Assembly: GCA_046260675.1 (NCBI GenBank)
Contig: JBHEOT010000006.1
Location: forward strand, 11,186 to 75,185
Reading direction: 5' to 3'
DNA from: Trueperaceae bacterium
Lineage (GTDB): Bacteria; Deinococcota; Deinococci; Deinococcales; Trueperaceae
Length of the DNA stretch: 64,000 nt
Made by a program: the position numbers and the translations under genes. Below are positions 9,165-19,636 of this stretch, one piece after another (within the stretch, counting starts at the first letter, position 1; each line of letters starts with the position of its first letter). The notes under the pieces are model-generated. The model was given only the letters and a program-made list of their open reading frames with translations, ran no database searches and was not told the DNA's origin.

Positions 9165-9775
9165 CGCTCGTCGACCTGGAGCGCGAGGCGGCGCACAAGC
9201 CGCCGGCGCTGGCCGAGCTGTCGGAGCATCTGGTCTTCGGCGAGGGCGCTCCCGACGCCGATCTGATGATCGTCGGCGAAGCGCCGGGCGAAGACGAGGA
9301 CCTGAGCGGTCGCCCGTTCGTCGGTCGGGCCGGCCAGCTGCTCGACAAGGTGCTGGCCTCGGTGGAGATCGAGCGCGACGACGTCTACGTCACGAACCTG
9401 GTCAAGCACCGCCCACCGTCCAACCGGAACCCGCGCCCGGAGGAGATCGCCGCGAGCGTGCCGCTGCTCCTCGAGCAGATCAAGCTGGTGCGGCCACAGG
9501 TGATCGTGCCGCTCGGCAACGTGCCCACGCAGTGGTTCCTCGATACCAAGGAGGGCATCACCAAGCTGCGGGGACGGTGGGCCGACTGGCACGGCGTCCG
9601 GGTGCTGCCGATGTACCACCCGGCGTACCTGTTGCGGAACCCGACGCGCGAGGCGGGCGGCCCCAAGTGGCTCACCTGGCAGGACATGCGCCTGCTCAAG
9701 GCGGTGCTCGACGACCTCGGCCCCAAACAGGGGGCGCTCGTGGTCGACACCGCGGCCCCGACCCCGCTCTTCTGA
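9161..9775 (+). CDS. uracil-DNA glycosylase, family 4
   Basis: [23 protein letters not shown] and [11 protein letters not shown] motifs, with a GTG start. Confidence 0.9.
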   Translation: MTLVDLEREAAHKPPALAELSEHLVFGEGAPDADLMIVGEAPGEDEDLSGRPFVGRAGQLLDKVLASVEIERDDVYVTNLVKHRPPSNRNPRPEEIAASVPLLLEQIKLVRPQVIVPLGNVPTQWFLDTKEGITKLRGRWADWHGVRVLPMYHPAYLLRNPTREAGGPKWLTWQDMRLLKAVLDDLGPKQGALVVDTAAPTPLF

Positions 9776-9793
9776 TCCCCCCGGAGGACCCCC

Positions 9794-10111
9794 GTGCCCG
9801 ACCCGCGCTTCATCGGCCTCGTCCACTCGCTGCGCAGCTCCGCCGAGGCGGCGTTGGGTGACCTGGCCTCGCCGATGGTCACCCGGCTCGCGCGCGACGG
9901 TGCGCTGGCGCGCACGACCGCCACGCGCAGCCTCGACCTGCTCGACCTGCTCTTCGAGAAGACCCGCGGCAACCTCGACGCCACCGAACGCGAAGCGCTC
10001 GTGCGCGCGCGCGAGGCGGTGCGCGCGAGGCTCGCCGCGACCGCCGGCACCGAAGGCGACGCGGCGACCGCCGACGAGGTCGACGCGGACGGCGCCCGTA
10101 CGGTGAACTGA
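9794..10111 (+). CDS. DUF1844 domain-containing protein
   Basis: FIGLVHSLRSSAEAALG ... LDLLDLLFEKTRGNLD pattern typical of DUF1844. GGAGGA lies 5 nt upstream of the GTG. Confidence 0.7.
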   Translation: MPDPRFIGLVHSLRSSAEAALGDLASPMVTRLARDGALARTTATRSLDLLDLLFEKTRGNLDATEREALVRAREAVRARLAATAGTEGDAATADEVDADGARTVN

Positions 10112-10564
<453 letters not shown>

Positions 10565-10570
10565 GCGAGT

Positions 10571-11719
<1,149 letters not shown>

Positions 11720-11829
11720 GGCACGTCCCTCCGGCCACCGAGGGTAGCACGCGGCCGCGCGACCGGCGGCCGGGGGCGAAGCGCACGGGCGTGCGCCACG
11801 CTGATACGCTTCGCATCACGGAGGACCGC

Positions 11830-14049
11830 ATGACGACCCCTGAAGAAACCGAACCCTCGGCCCGATCGGGCCTCTACGTGGTGATGTACAGCGTCCACGG
11901 CCTGATCCGCGGCCACGACCTGGAGCTCGGCCGCGACGCCGACACCGGCGGCCAGACCAAGTACGTCGTCGAGTTGGCGCGTGCGCTCGCGCAGCGCCCC
12001 GAGATCGACGCCGTCGACCTCGTCACCCGGCGGATCGAAGACGCGAAGGTCTCCGACATCTACGCCGAGGAGTTCGAGGACCTCGGCGACGGCGCGCGGA
12101 TCGTGCGGCTGCGCTTCGGCGGCGGCCGCTACCGCCAGAAGGAGACGCTCTGGCCGTACCTCGACGAACTGGTCGCGGAATCGCTGCGCTTCTTCCGGGC
12201 GCAAGGCCGCCTGCCCGACCTGCTCCACGGCCACTACGCCGACGCCGGGGACGTGGCGCGCGAGCTCGCCGCCCGGCTCGGCGTTCCGTTGATCGTCACC
12301 GGCCACAGCCTCGGCCGCAACAAGCGGCAGGTGCTCGAGCGCGCGGGCGTCGAGGCGGAGGCCATGGAGCAGCGCTACCGGCTCGGCTACCGCATCGACG
12401 TCGAGGAGCGCCTGCTTCGCGACGCGGACCTGGTCATCGCGAGCACCCGCCACGAGGTCGAGCGAGGGTACGAGCTGTACGACGCGTCGAAGCACGCGAC
12501 CTTCGAGGTGCTCGCGCCCGGCATCGACGTCGACCGCTTCTACCCTTATTACCACGACCTCGACGAGGGGTTCGACCCGGGCGAAGCGGTGCGGCGGGCG
12601 CGCGTGCGCATGCGCCGCGAGATCGCGAGATTCCTCAACCGGCCGGAGAAGCCGCTCATCCTGGCGGTCAGCCGCCCCGACAAGCGCAAGAACATCGAGG
12701 GGCTCGTCACCGCGTACGGCGAGGACCCCGAACTGCAGCAGATGGCCAACCTGGCGGTCTTCGCCGGGGTGCGCAAGGACATCCGCGAGATGAGCGACAA
12801 CGAGCGCGAGGTGCTGACCGAGCTGCTGCTGCTGATGGATCGCTACGACCTCTACGGGAAGATGGCGCTGCCCAAGCGGCACGAGCCCGACGTCGACATC
12901 CCCGTCCTGTACCGCATCGCTGCGGCCAGCGGCGGCGTCTTCATCAACCCGGCGCTGGTGGAGAACTTCGGCATCACCCTGATCGAGGCCGCGTCGTCGG
13001 GCCTGCCCATCGTCTCCACCGACCACGGTGGCCCCAAGGACATCGTGGCCGCGACCGACGCGGGCCTCCTCGTCGACGCGCGCGACACCGAGCAGATCCA
13101 GACCGCGCTCCGCACGCTGCTCGTCGACCGCGAGGCGTGGGAGCGCCATTCGGCCGCCGGCGTCGAGGGCGTGCGCCGCACGTTCTCGTGGAGCGCCCAC
13201 GCGGAGCACTACCTGGCGGCGATCGAGCCCTTCCTGGACGCCACCCCCCCGGCGCCGTGGCGCAGCGACGTCGCCACCCGGCTGCGCGCCGATCGACCGT
13301 GGCTGATCAGCGACGTCGACCACACGCTCGTCGACGACGAAGCCGACGGCGATCCCGAAGCGCTCACGGCGCTCGCCCGCGACCTCCGCACGCACGGCGC
13401 GGTCTTCGGCGTCGCGACGGGGCGCTCCTTGGCGCTCCTCGATCGCGCCCTGGGCGACCACGCGCTGCCGCCGCCCGCCGTCGCGATCACCGACGTCGGG
13501 ACCGCGATCCACTACGCGCGCCACGACGGCGACGGCGACGGACCGAGATGGATCGAGGAGCGCGCTTGGGCGGCCCACATCCGCAGCGGCTGGGACGCCG
13601 GCGCGGTCGCCGAAGCGCTCGCCCGCGTCCGCGGGCTCGAGCCGCAGCCCGACGAGGCGCGCACCGACGTCAAGCTCAGCTACCTGGCGGACGACGCGCT
13701 GGCGATGGCCGAGCACGTGCGCTCGACGCTGCGCGATGCCAACATCAAGGCGACCGTGGTCGGCTCGCGCGGCCACCTCCTGGACGTGCTGCCGCCCAAG
13801 GCGTCCAAAGGCAAGGCCATCAAGTGGCTGACGCGGCTGTGGGGCGCACGCGCCGAGCGGGTGGCGGTCGCCGGCGACTCGGGCAACGACCTGGAGATGC
13901 TCACGGGCCCGTTCCGAGGGATCGTCGTGGGCAACCACGCGCCCGAGCTCGATACGCTGCGCGGTCGCCGCGGCGTGCACGTCTCCGAAGCGGCCTACGC
14001 GGCCGGGGTGCGCGAGGGGTTGCGCGCCTGGGGGCTGCTGGACGGCTGA
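11830..14049 (+). CDS. sucrose-phosphate synthase fused to a sucrose-phosphate phosphatase-like HAD-IIB domain
   Basis: GT-B part: DTGGQTKYVVELARAL, GHSLGRNK, ENFGITLIEAASSGLPIVST. C-terminal HAD part: ISDVDHTLV, ATGRS, GDSGNDLEML. GGAGGA SD before ATG 11830. Confidence 0.85.
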   Translation: MTTPEETEPSARSGLYVVMYSVHGLIRGHDLELGRDADTGGQTKYVVELARALAQRPEIDAVDLVTRRIEDAKVSDIYAEEFEDLGDGARIVRLRFGGGRYRQKETLWPYLDELVAESLRFFRAQGRLPDLLHGHYADAGDVARELAARLGVPLIVTGHSLGRNKRQVLERAGVEAEAMEQRYRLGYRIDVEERLLRDADLVIASTRHEVERGYELYDASKHATFEVLAPGIDVDRFYPYYHDLDEGFDPGEAVRRARVRMRREIARFLNRPEKPLILAVSRPDKRKNIEGLVTAYGEDPELQQMANLAVFAGVRKDIREMSDNEREVLTELLLLMDRYDLYGKMALPKRHEPDVDIPVLYRIAAASGGVFINPALVENFGITLIEAASSGLPIVSTDHGGPKDIVAATDAGLLVDARDTEQIQTALRTLLVDREAWERHSAAGVEGVRRTFSWSAHAEHYLAAIEPFLDATPPAPWRSDVATRLRADRPWLISDVDHTLVDDEADGDPEALTALARDLRTHGAVFGVATGRSLALLDRALGDHALPPPAVAITDVGTAIHYARHDGDGDGPRWIEERAWAAHIRSGWDAGAVAEALARVRGLEPQPDEARTDVKLSYLADDALAMAEHVRSTLRDANIKATVVGSRGHLLDVLPPKASKGKAIKWLTRLWGARAERVAVAGDSGNDLEMLTGPFRGIVVGNHAPELDTLRGRRGVHVSEAAYAAGVREGLRAWGLLDG

Positions 14050-14170
14050 GGACCCCTTCGCTCGACGCTTGATCGTGCGACGGGCTCGCTACCGAGGCGG
14101 TACGACGCCGGGTCCTCGAGCGTCGGCAGGGTGCGCGGGCCGACCAGGGCGAGCCGACCCCGGGGGCGTG

Positions 14171-14249
14171 CCTCTGCGCGACGCTTCGGTAACCTTGCAA
14201 TTTGAAAGCGCGACTTTTGATTTTCAAGGTTACCGAAGCGTCGCGGAGG
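14171..14249. repeat. long inverted repeat (21-bp perfect arms plus a 4-bp extension) around a 27-nt AT-rich core
   Basis: Arm 14177-14197 is the exact reverse complement of 14225-14245. CCTC/GAGG extends the stem across a 2-nt bulge. Confidence 0.9.
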
Positions 14250-14382
14250 ACGCCTCCCCGACGTCGGGCACCGCCACCGTGCCCAAGGTGCTCTCCATGG
14301 CCGCGCTCACCGCCTGGATCAACGCCATCACGAAGAGCGGCCGAGCAAGGGCCGATCCCCGCCTGACCATCAGGACAGCTGC

Positions 14383-15384
14383 TCAGTCGTCGTCCGCGGT
14401 ACCGAAGGTGCGGCCGTGCGCGACCGTGTGCGGCGGCACCCGCGCCCCCTCGAGCACGTCGCACGCGCTGAGGTGCGCGTAGGCGCCGATGCGCGCCCCT
14501 TCGCCGACGCGGGTGCCGGCCGCGAGCACGACGCCGGGCTCCAGGGTCACGTCGAGCGACAGCGCCACGTCGGCGTCGAGGAAGACGCTCCCAGGATCGA
14601 CCATGGTCACGCCGGCCGTCATCCAGCGGCGCCGCAGCCGGTCGCGCAGCAAGCGGTCGGCGTGCGCGAGTTGGAGCCGGTCGTTGACGCCGACCAGGCG
14701 CCGGGTCTCGTCGTCGGCGCGCACCGCGCGCACCCGACGGCCAGCCTGCAAGTACGCGACCACCAGGTCGGTCAGGTAGACCTCGCCGGCGGCGTTGGCG
14801 TCCCCGAGCGTCGGCAGCAGATCCCAGAGGCGCGCGTCGAACGCGTAGGTCCCTGGGTTGACCTCGCGCAGCGCCCGCGTGGCCTCGTCGGCGTCGCGCT
14901 CTTCGACGATCGCGCGCACGCCGCCGTCGCGGCCGCGCACCACGCGGCCGAGGCCGCTCGGATCGTCCGCCTCGACGGTGAGGAGCGTCATCCCCTCGCC
15001 CCCGGCGGCCAGGTGCGCGTCGAGCAGGCGAGCGAGCGACGCCCCCTCGACCAGCGGGCCGTCGCCCCCGAGGACGACGATCGGTCCCGGGTGGCCGGCG
15101 AGCGCCTCGGCGCACACGGCGACGGCGTCGCCGGTCCCGCGCTGCCGCTCCTGCACCACGAAGCCGACGCCGGCGTCCGCGAAGCGCGCGCGGACCGCCT
15201 CGGCCCCGTGCCCGACGACGACGAGCAGCGGATCCGGGTCGAGCGCGCGCGCGGCGTCGAGCACGTGGGCGAGCATGGGCGCGCCAGCGGCCTCGTGCAG
15301 CACCTTCGGGAGCCGCGAGCGCATGCGCGTCCCCTGGCCCGCAGCCAGGACGACGACGGCGGGGCGCGGTCCTCCTTGCGTCAC
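14383..15384 (-). CDS. GlmU-like sugar-1-phosphate nucleotidyltransferase with a truncated left-handed beta-helix tail
   Basis: VVLAAGQGTRMRSRLPKVLHEAAGAPML N-terminus. Only about 80 aa of hexapeptide-repeat region follow, then the stop. GTG 15384 overlaps the lgt stop (GTGA). Confidence 0.8.
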   Translation of the reverse strand: MTQGGPRPAVVVLAAGQGTRMRSRLPKVLHEAAGAPMLAHVLDAARALDPDPLLVVVGHGAEAVRARFADAGVGFVVQERQRGTGDAVAVCAEALAGHPGPIVVLGGDGPLVEGASLARLLDAHLAAGGEGMTLLTVEADDPSGLGRVVRGRDGGVRAIVEERDADEATRALREVNPGTYAFDARLWDLLPTLGDANAAGEVYLTDLVVAYLQAGRRVRAVRADDETRRLVGVNDRLQLAHADRLLRDRLRRRWMTAGVTMVDPGSVFLDADVALSLDVTLEPGVVLAAGTRVGEGARIGAYAHLSACDVLEGARVPPHTVAHGRTFGTADDD

Positions 15385-16253
15385 GCCTTCGCCCCTCGCG
15401 TCCAGAGCAGGTACGCCGCGACGAGCACGATCGGGACGCTCACGAGCTGGGTCAGGGTGAACAGGCCGACGCCCCCGACCGGGTCGAGGTAGACCGACCA
15501 GAACAGCGGGTTGTCGCGAAAGGGCTCCTCGATCACGGCGCGCAGGACCGAGTACCACAGCACCATGTGCAGGAACACCGCCCCCGGCGTCTTGGTGCGC
15601 GCCAGCGCCCAAGCGATCACGCCGATCAGCAGCACCCCGACGAGCATCCCGTAGATCGGCGTCAGGTGGACGACGCAGGGCTCGCCGGCGGGGACGGTGC
15701 GGCACACCGGCGGCGCGTACTGCCAGAGCGGGTCGCCGAACACCACGCGGCCGAACGCGCCGAACGTGGGCGTACCGGCCTCGGGCCACGGGAACCCGAT
15801 CGGCCACGAAGTGAGCCGCCCCCCGGTGTCGGTCCCGTTCATGAGGTTGCCGATGCGCCCGCCGATGATGCCGAACGCGGCGATCGGCGAGAGCACGTCC
15901 AGGTAGCGCCAGACGTCGTAGCCCTTGCGGCGCGCCTGCCAAGCGAGGACCGCCACGATGCCGATGATGCCGCCGTGGATGCTGATCCCGCCTTCCCAAA
16001 CCGCGAAGGCGCGAAGCGGTTCGCCCCCGGGCCCGAAGTACGCGCTCGGGCTCGTGAGGACGTAGACGAGGCGCGCACCGACGATGCCGGCGCCGACCAT
16101 CCACGGGGCCATGTCGAGGAGCCACTCGCCGTCGAGGCCGCGCGCAGCGGCCGCGCGCAGCGTCCAGGCCGCACCAGCGACCACGCCGAGGGCGATGAGC
16201 ACGCCGTACCAGCGCAGCGCGAGGGGGCCGATCGTCACGAGGATGGGGTCCAT
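15381..16253 (-). CDS. lgt: prolipoprotein diacylglyceryl transferase
   Basis: LRWYGVLIALG, WEGGISIHGG and GRIGNLMNG motifs in a polytopic membrane protein. Confidence 0.92.
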   Translation of the reverse strand: MDPILVTIGPLALRWYGVLIALGVVAGAAWTLRAAAARGLDGEWLLDMAPWMVGAGIVGARLVYVLTSPSAYFGPGGEPLRAFAVWEGGISIHGGIIGIVAVLAWQARRKGYDVWRYLDVLSPIAAFGIIGGRIGNLMNGTDTGGRLTSWPIGFPWPEAGTPTFGAFGRVVFGDPLWQYAPPVCRTVPAGEPCVVHLTPIYGMLVGVLLIGVIAWALARTKTPGAVFLHMVLWYSVLRAVIEEPFRDNPLFWSVYLDPVGGVGLFTLTQLVSVPIVLVAAYLLWTRGAKA

Positions 16254-16362
16254 GGGCTCTCCCTGTCTGGTGCGGGCGACCGCCGAGCGGGACGCGCCCC
16301 GCGAATGCTACCAGGCGCCGGCGACCCCGCGCGGGCGCCCCCGTCCAGGTCGCCACGGAACC

Positions 16363-16854
16363 TCAGCCCGCGATCAGGCGTCCGATCACGACGACGGCGA
16401 TCACCACGACGAGCACGAGCTTGCCGCCGACGCCGGCGAGCGTCCCCAACAGGGCACCCACCCCGGCGCGCCACGCGTCGGGCGGGGTGCGTCCGGCGGC
16501 GAGCTCCGCGAGCGTCGCACCCAGGAGCGCGCCGATCAGGAACCCCCACGGCGGCAGCACGATCAACCCGACGAACGACCCGACGATGCCGCCCCACAAC
16601 CCTGCGCGCCCCGCCCCGAAGCGCTTCGCGCCGACCCAGTTGCCGAGGAGATCGAACCCTTGGGCGACCGCGGTGAGCACGGCCACCCACAGGATCGTCG
16701 GCACGTCGATGCGCTCGAACCCCGTCATCCAGCCGGCCAGGATGACGGCGACGAGCGCGACCGGGATGCCGGGCAGCATCGGCAGGATCACGCCGGCACC
16801 CGCCACCGCCAGACCGAGGAGCACCACCAGCCACGCACCGATCGTCGCGACCAT
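16363..16854 (-). CDS. DUF456 family membrane protein
   Basis: 163 aa with four hydrophobic segments; the GNWVGAKRFGAGR motif is typical of DUF456. Confidence 0.7.
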   Translation of the reverse strand: MVATIGAWLVVLLGLAVAGAGVILPMLPGIPVALVAVILAGWMTGFERIDVPTILWVAVLTAVAQGFDLLGNWVGAKRFGAGRAGLWGGIVGSFVGLIVLPPWGFLIGALLGATLAELAAGRTPPDAWRAGVGALLGTLAGVGGKLVLVVVIAVVVIGRLIAG

Positions 16855-16856
16855 GG

Positions 16857-17348
16857 TCAGATCGATTCGCGGCCGGGCGCCCGGCCGTGCACCGCATCGG
16901 ACGCTGCCGCCAACACCGGCGCGACCGCCGCGAGCGCCGCGCGCGCCAACTCCGGCGCCGCCGGCAGGTTGACGACCAGGGTGCCGCGCCGCACGCCGGC
17001 CACGCCGCGACCGAGCAACGCGCGCGCGTCGCCGCGCGCCGCCGCGAGGCGCATCGCTTCGGCGATCCCGGGGATCTCGCGCTCGACGACCTCGAGCGTC
17101 GCCTCGGGCGCGCGATCGCGCGGCGCGAGGCCGATCCCGCCCGTCGTGAGGACCAGGTCGACGGCGTCGTCTTCGGTGAGCAGGCGCAGTTTGGCGCGGA
17201 TCAGCGCCTGCTCGTCCGGCACCACCTGGTAGTCGACCTCGACGAACGGTCCGGCGGCCAGCACCTCGCGGATCGCCTGGACGGCCCGGTCTTCGTGCTG
17301 GCCAGCGGTGGCCCCTGCGGCGACGCTCAACAGCGCGGTTCGGATCAT
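16857..17348 (-). CDS. mog: MogA/MoaB-family molybdenum cofactor biosynthesis protein
   Basis: LVLTTGGIGLAPRD and GTLVVNLPA motifs. TACGAT lies 6 nt upstream of the ATG. Confidence 0.82.
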   Translation of the reverse strand: MIRTALLSVAAGATAGQHEDRAVQAIREVLAAGPFVEVDYQVVPDEQALIRAKLRLLTEDDAVDLVLTTGGIGLAPRDRAPEATLEVVEREIPGIAEAMRLAAARGDARALLGRGVAGVRRGTLVVNLPAAPELARAALAAVAPVLAAASDAVHGRAPGRESI

Positions 17349-17474
17349 GCGTCCATCGTAGCGCGAGCGCGTTGCGCGCACCGCAGCGAGCAGGTACCGT
17401 GAGCCGGTTTCGACGGCCGCCATGCGGCGGCTGCCGCTGCGCGGCCGCACCCCGACCCTCCAGGAGGTCTCCCC

Positions 17475-18701
17475 GTGAAGATCCACGAGTACCAGGCGAA
17501 AGCGCTGCTCGCCGCGCGCGGCATCGCCGTCCCGCAAGGGCGCGTCGCGTTGTCCGCCGACGAGGCAGTCGCCGCGGTGCGCTCACTGGTCGAGGCGAGC
17601 GGCGTCCCCGTCGTCGTCGTCAAGTCGCAGATCCACGCCGGTGGCCGCGGCAAGGGACGCTTTCAGGAGCACCCGGACCTCGGCGGCGTCAACGTCGTCC
17701 TGGACGGCCGCAGCGGCGACCTCGCCGCGGCCGAGGCGCAGGTGCGCGCGCTGGCCCAGAAGATGCTCGGGAGCACCCTCGTCACCGTCCAGACCGGCCC
17801 CGAGGGGAAGCCCGTCCAGCGGCTGTACGTGGAGCAGGGCGTCGACATCGCGCGCGAGCTGTACGTGTCCGTCGTGCTCGATCGCGCCACCGGCCGCAAC
17901 GTGGTGATCGCCTCGACCGAGGGCGGCACCGAGATCGAGGAGGTCGCGGAGCACACCCCCGATAAGATCCTGCGCGAGACCGTCGACCCGGCGATCGGCC
18001 TGGCACCGTTCCAGGCGCGGCGCCTCGCCTTCGCGCTCGGGCTGAGCGGCGACGCGCTCGCGAAAAGCGTCGCCTTCCTGACGGCGCTCGAGCGCGCCGC
18101 GGTCGACCTCGACACCGACCTGCTCGAGGTCAACCCGCTCGTGGTCACCGGCGCCGGCGACGTCCTGGCCCTGGACGCGAAGATGTCGATCGACGCGAAC
18201 GCGCTCTACCGGCACGACGACGTGGTCGCGCTGCGCGACCTCGCCGAGGAGGACCCGGCGGAGGTCGAGGCCTCGAAGTACGGGCTGTCGTTCATCAAGC
18301 TCGACGGCACCATCGGCTGCCTCGTGAACGGGGCCGGCCTCGCGATGTCGACCATGGACATCATCCAGCACGAGGGGGGCAGCCCGGCGAACTTCCTGGA
18401 CGTCGGCGGCAGCGCCACCACCGAGAACGTCACCGCCGCGTTCAAGATCATCACCCGCGACCCCAACGTGAAGGGGATCTTCGTCAACATCTTCGGCGGC
18501 ATCATGCGCTGCGACACCATCGCCAACGGCGTGGTCCAGGCCGTGAAGGACGTCGGCCTCCAGGTGCCGCTCGTCGTGCGCCTCGAGGGCACGAACGTCG
18601 AACTCGGCCGCCGCATCGTCGAGGAGGCCGGCATCCCCGGGCTCCAGTCGGCGACCGACATGCGCGACGGCGCCCGCAAGATCGTGGAGGCCACCCGATG
18701 A
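17475..18701 (+). CDS. sucC: succinate--CoA ligase (ADP-forming) beta subunit
   Basis: [15 protein letters not shown]-grasp region and [21 protein letters not shown] start. Confidence 0.95.
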   Translation: MKIHEYQAKALLAARGIAVPQGRVALSADEAVAAVRSLVEASGVPVVVVKSQIHAGGRGKGRFQEHPDLGGVNVVLDGRSGDLAAAEAQVRALAQKMLGSTLVTVQTGPEGKPVQRLYVEQGVDIARELYVSVVLDRATGRNVVIASTEGGTEIEEVAEHTPDKILRETVDPAIGLAPFQARRLAFALGLSGDALAKSVAFLTALERAAVDLDTDLLEVNPLVVTGAGDVLALDAKMSIDANALYRHDDVVALRDLAEEDPAEVEASKYGLSFIKLDGTIGCLVNGAGLAMSTMDIIQHEGGSPANFLDVGGSATTENVTAAFKIITRDPNVKGIFVNIFGGIMRCDTIANGVVQAVKDVGLQVPLVVRLEGTNVELGRRIVEEAGIPGLQSATDMRDGARKIVEATR

Positions 18702-19636
18702 GCTCGTTCGTCGACCGCACCGCCAAGGTGCTCGTGCAGGGCCTGGGCAAGACCGGGCAGTTCCACACCGACAAGGCGATCGCGTACGGCACCCAGATGG
18801 TCGGGGCCGTCCACCCGGGCCGCGGCGGCACCACCCACCGCTTCGAGGGCGCGACCGACGCTTCGGGCGTGCCGGGGCGACCCGAGACTTACGAAGTCGA
18901 CCTCCCCGTCTTCGACACCGTCCGCGAGGCCGTCGCGGCCACCGGCGCCGACGTCAGCGTCGTCTACGTGCCGCCGGCCGGGGCGGCCGACGCGATCATG
19001 GAGGCCGCCGACGCCGGCCTGCGGCTCGTGCTGTGCATCACCGAGGGCATCCCGGTCCAGGACATGGTGCGGGTCAAGCGCTACCTCGAGGGCAAGCCGA
19101 CGCGCTTGGTCGGTCCCAACTGCCCGGGCGTGATCACCCCCAGGCAGTGCAAGATCGGCATCATGCCGGGCTACATCCACGAGGCCGGCCGCGTGGCGGT
19201 CGTCAGCCGCTCGGGGACGCTCACCTACGAGGCGGTCAAGCAGCTGACCGACGTCGGGCTGGGCGAGACCACGGCGATCGGCATCGGTGGCGACCCCGTC
19301 AACGGCACCTCCTTCGTCGACGTGCTCGAGGTGTTCAACGACGACCCCGAGACCGAAGCGGTCATGTTCATCGGCGAGATCGGCGGCAGCGGCGAGGAAG
19401 AGGCCGCCGCGTGGATCGCCGAGCACATGACCAAGCCGGTGGCGGGCTTCATCGCCGGCACGACCGCCCCTCCCGGCAAGCGGATGGGGCACGCGGGCGC
19501 GATCGTGGCCGGCGGCAAGGGGACCGCGGCCGACAAGATCGCCGCGCTGGAGGCCGCCGGCGTGGTCATGGCGCCCACCCCGACCGACATGGGCGCCGCC
19601 GTCCAGGAGGCGATGCGGCGCAAGGGCCTCCTCTGA
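18698..19636 (+). CDS. sucD: succinate--CoA ligase alpha subunit
   Basis: [20 protein letters not shown] and the phosphohistidine context [13 protein letters not shown] overlap with sucC. Confidence 0.95.
   Translation: MSSFVDRTAKVLVQGLGKTGQFHTDKAIAYGTQMVGAVHPGRGGTTHRFEGATDASGVPGRPETYEVDLPVFDTVREAVAATGADVSVVYVPPAGAADAIMEAADAGLRLVLCITEGIPVQDMVRVKRYLEGKPTRLVGPNCPGVITPRQCKIGIMPGYIHEAGRVAVVSRSGTLTYEAVKQLTDVGLGETTAIGIGGDPVNGTSFVDVLEVFNDDPETEAVMFIGEIGGSGEEEAAAWIAEHMTKPVAGFIAGTTAPPGKRMGHAGAIVAGGKGTAADKIAALEAAGVVMAPTPTDMGAAVQEAMRRKGLL

Noticed and set aside
14230-14370. 46-codon ATG-initiated ORF (MVRRGSALARPLFVMALIQ...) 12 nt downstream of the GlmU-like stop and in the same frame.
   Set aside because: No SD or -10 geometry, no recognisable motif, and in this GC content an open frame of that length is expected by chance. 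It is mentioned only as context for the truncated GlmU finding.
14050-14382. The 333-nt gap as a decayed remnant of the missing GlmU acetyltransferase half, since its size roughly matches the missing 120 aa.
   Set aside because: None of the three minus-strand frames shows hexapeptide (LbH) repeats or the IGAGTITCNYDG-type motif.
14330-14382. Possible SRP (4.5S) RNA, because of a GGUCAGG-like string on the minus strand.
   Set aside because: The conserved domain IV elements (the GGAA / AGCA symmetric-loop context) are absent.
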